DNA of 64,000 nucleotides from Vairimorpha necatrix (Eukaryota): NCBI GenBank assembly GCA_036630325.1, contig CP142732.1, positions 868,001 to 932,000 of the forward strand, read 5' to 3'. Shown piece by piece: positions 63,346 to 64,000 of this stretch (position 1 is its first letter; each line of letters starts with the position of its first letter). The notes under the pieces were generated by a model. It saw only the letters and a program-made list of their open reading frames with translations, ran no database searches and was not told where the DNA came from. The position numbers and the translations under genes were made by a program.

Positions 63346-64000
63346 ATGGAAGAGAAGAGAAGGAAAAAAAATTCAAATCTTTCTTTTGAAATAATAAAAC
63401 AAAGAATAAATAATTATATAAAAGATATGTCATTGATTAATATTGACAAGAGATATTTTATTGACAAAGTTTCCAGTGGTTGGTGTGATGACATGACACC
63501 CAAAGAGACGATTAATTACGTCTGTGATACAGCAGCATCAATGATGACAATTCATCCCGAATATGGAAAATTGGGCTCCAGATTATTAATTTGTCATCTT
63601 CATGAAATGACATTAAATAAATTCAGTGAGAAAGTATTTTACTTACAGAAACACAGAAATCTATTTAATCCGGAGATTTATGATATAATAGTTGTGAATA
63701 AAGATATTATAGACGACATGATTGATTACAGTAGAGATTATAGTTTGACTTTTTTTTCATTAACAAGTTTAATGAAATCATATCTTTTGAAATTTAATGA
63801 TGAAATAGTCGAGAGGCCCCAAGATGTTTTTATGAGAGTGGCTTTACAATTGCACAGAGATGATTGGGAAAAGGTAAAAGAAACATATAATTTGATAAGT
63901 AATTTATACTTTACACATGCCACTCCTACACTTTACAATTCATGCACAAATAAAAACCAACTTGCTAGTTGTTTCTTAATGAATCCTCTTGGGGATTCAA
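63346..64000 (+). CDS. RNR1: Ribonucleoside-diphosphate reductase large subunit, 5' part (runs off the window)
   Basis: Manual translation: MEEKRRKK...TAASMMTIHPEYGKLGSRL...SYLLK...ERPQDVFMRVA...FTHATPTLYN...QLASCFL. Confidence 0.96.
   Translation, partial: MEEKRRKKNSNLSFEIIKQRINNYIKDMSLINIDKRYFIDKVSSGWCDDMTPKETINYVCDTAASMMTIHPEYGKLGSRLLICHLHEMTLNKFSEKVFYLQKHRNLFNPEIYDIIVVNKDIIDDMIDYSRDYSLTFFSLTSLMKSYLLKFNDEIVERPQDVFMRVALQLHRDDWEKVKETYNLISNLYFTHATPTLYNSCTNKNQLASCFLMNPLGDS

Noticed and set aside
924-63923. Many antisense or nested ORFs of 60-147 aa in the ORF track
   Set aside because: Shadows of confidently identified genes, with F/L/S/I-rich composition typical of reverse-strand AT-rich codons.

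Overview
Gene-dense, very AT-rich eukaryotic DNA with almost no introns, compacted housekeeping genes and a CCC (or GGG) motif just before many start codons. This pattern points to a microsporidian, probably Nosema/Vairimorpha-like (inference). About 40 protein genes are present, including CK2-beta, UFD1, XPA, APC1, Vps53, Ndc80, importin-beta, a formin, TAF1, TAF6, Trm1, PABP, Rrp8, RFC, iPGM, V-ATPase B, Mak16, Luc7, fibrillarin, mtG3PDH, Psf1, Ars2 and the 5' part of RNR1, plus an intron-containing tRNA-Tyr. The long intergenic gaps hold decayed mobile DNA: a Merlin/ISXO2-type transposon with TIRs, three remnants of an RLE-type non-LTR retrotransposon and a large pseudogene. The standout is an intact, GC-rich, non-coding retroposon of about 807 bp (43370-44176). 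It has a tRNA-like Pol III head, a highly structured body, a tail resembling arthropod R1-clade LINE 3' ends, an A24 tail and a perfect 14-bp target-site duplication, so it is a candidate long SINE, possibly acquired from an insect host. All family assignments come from motif recognition by eye, with no database search.
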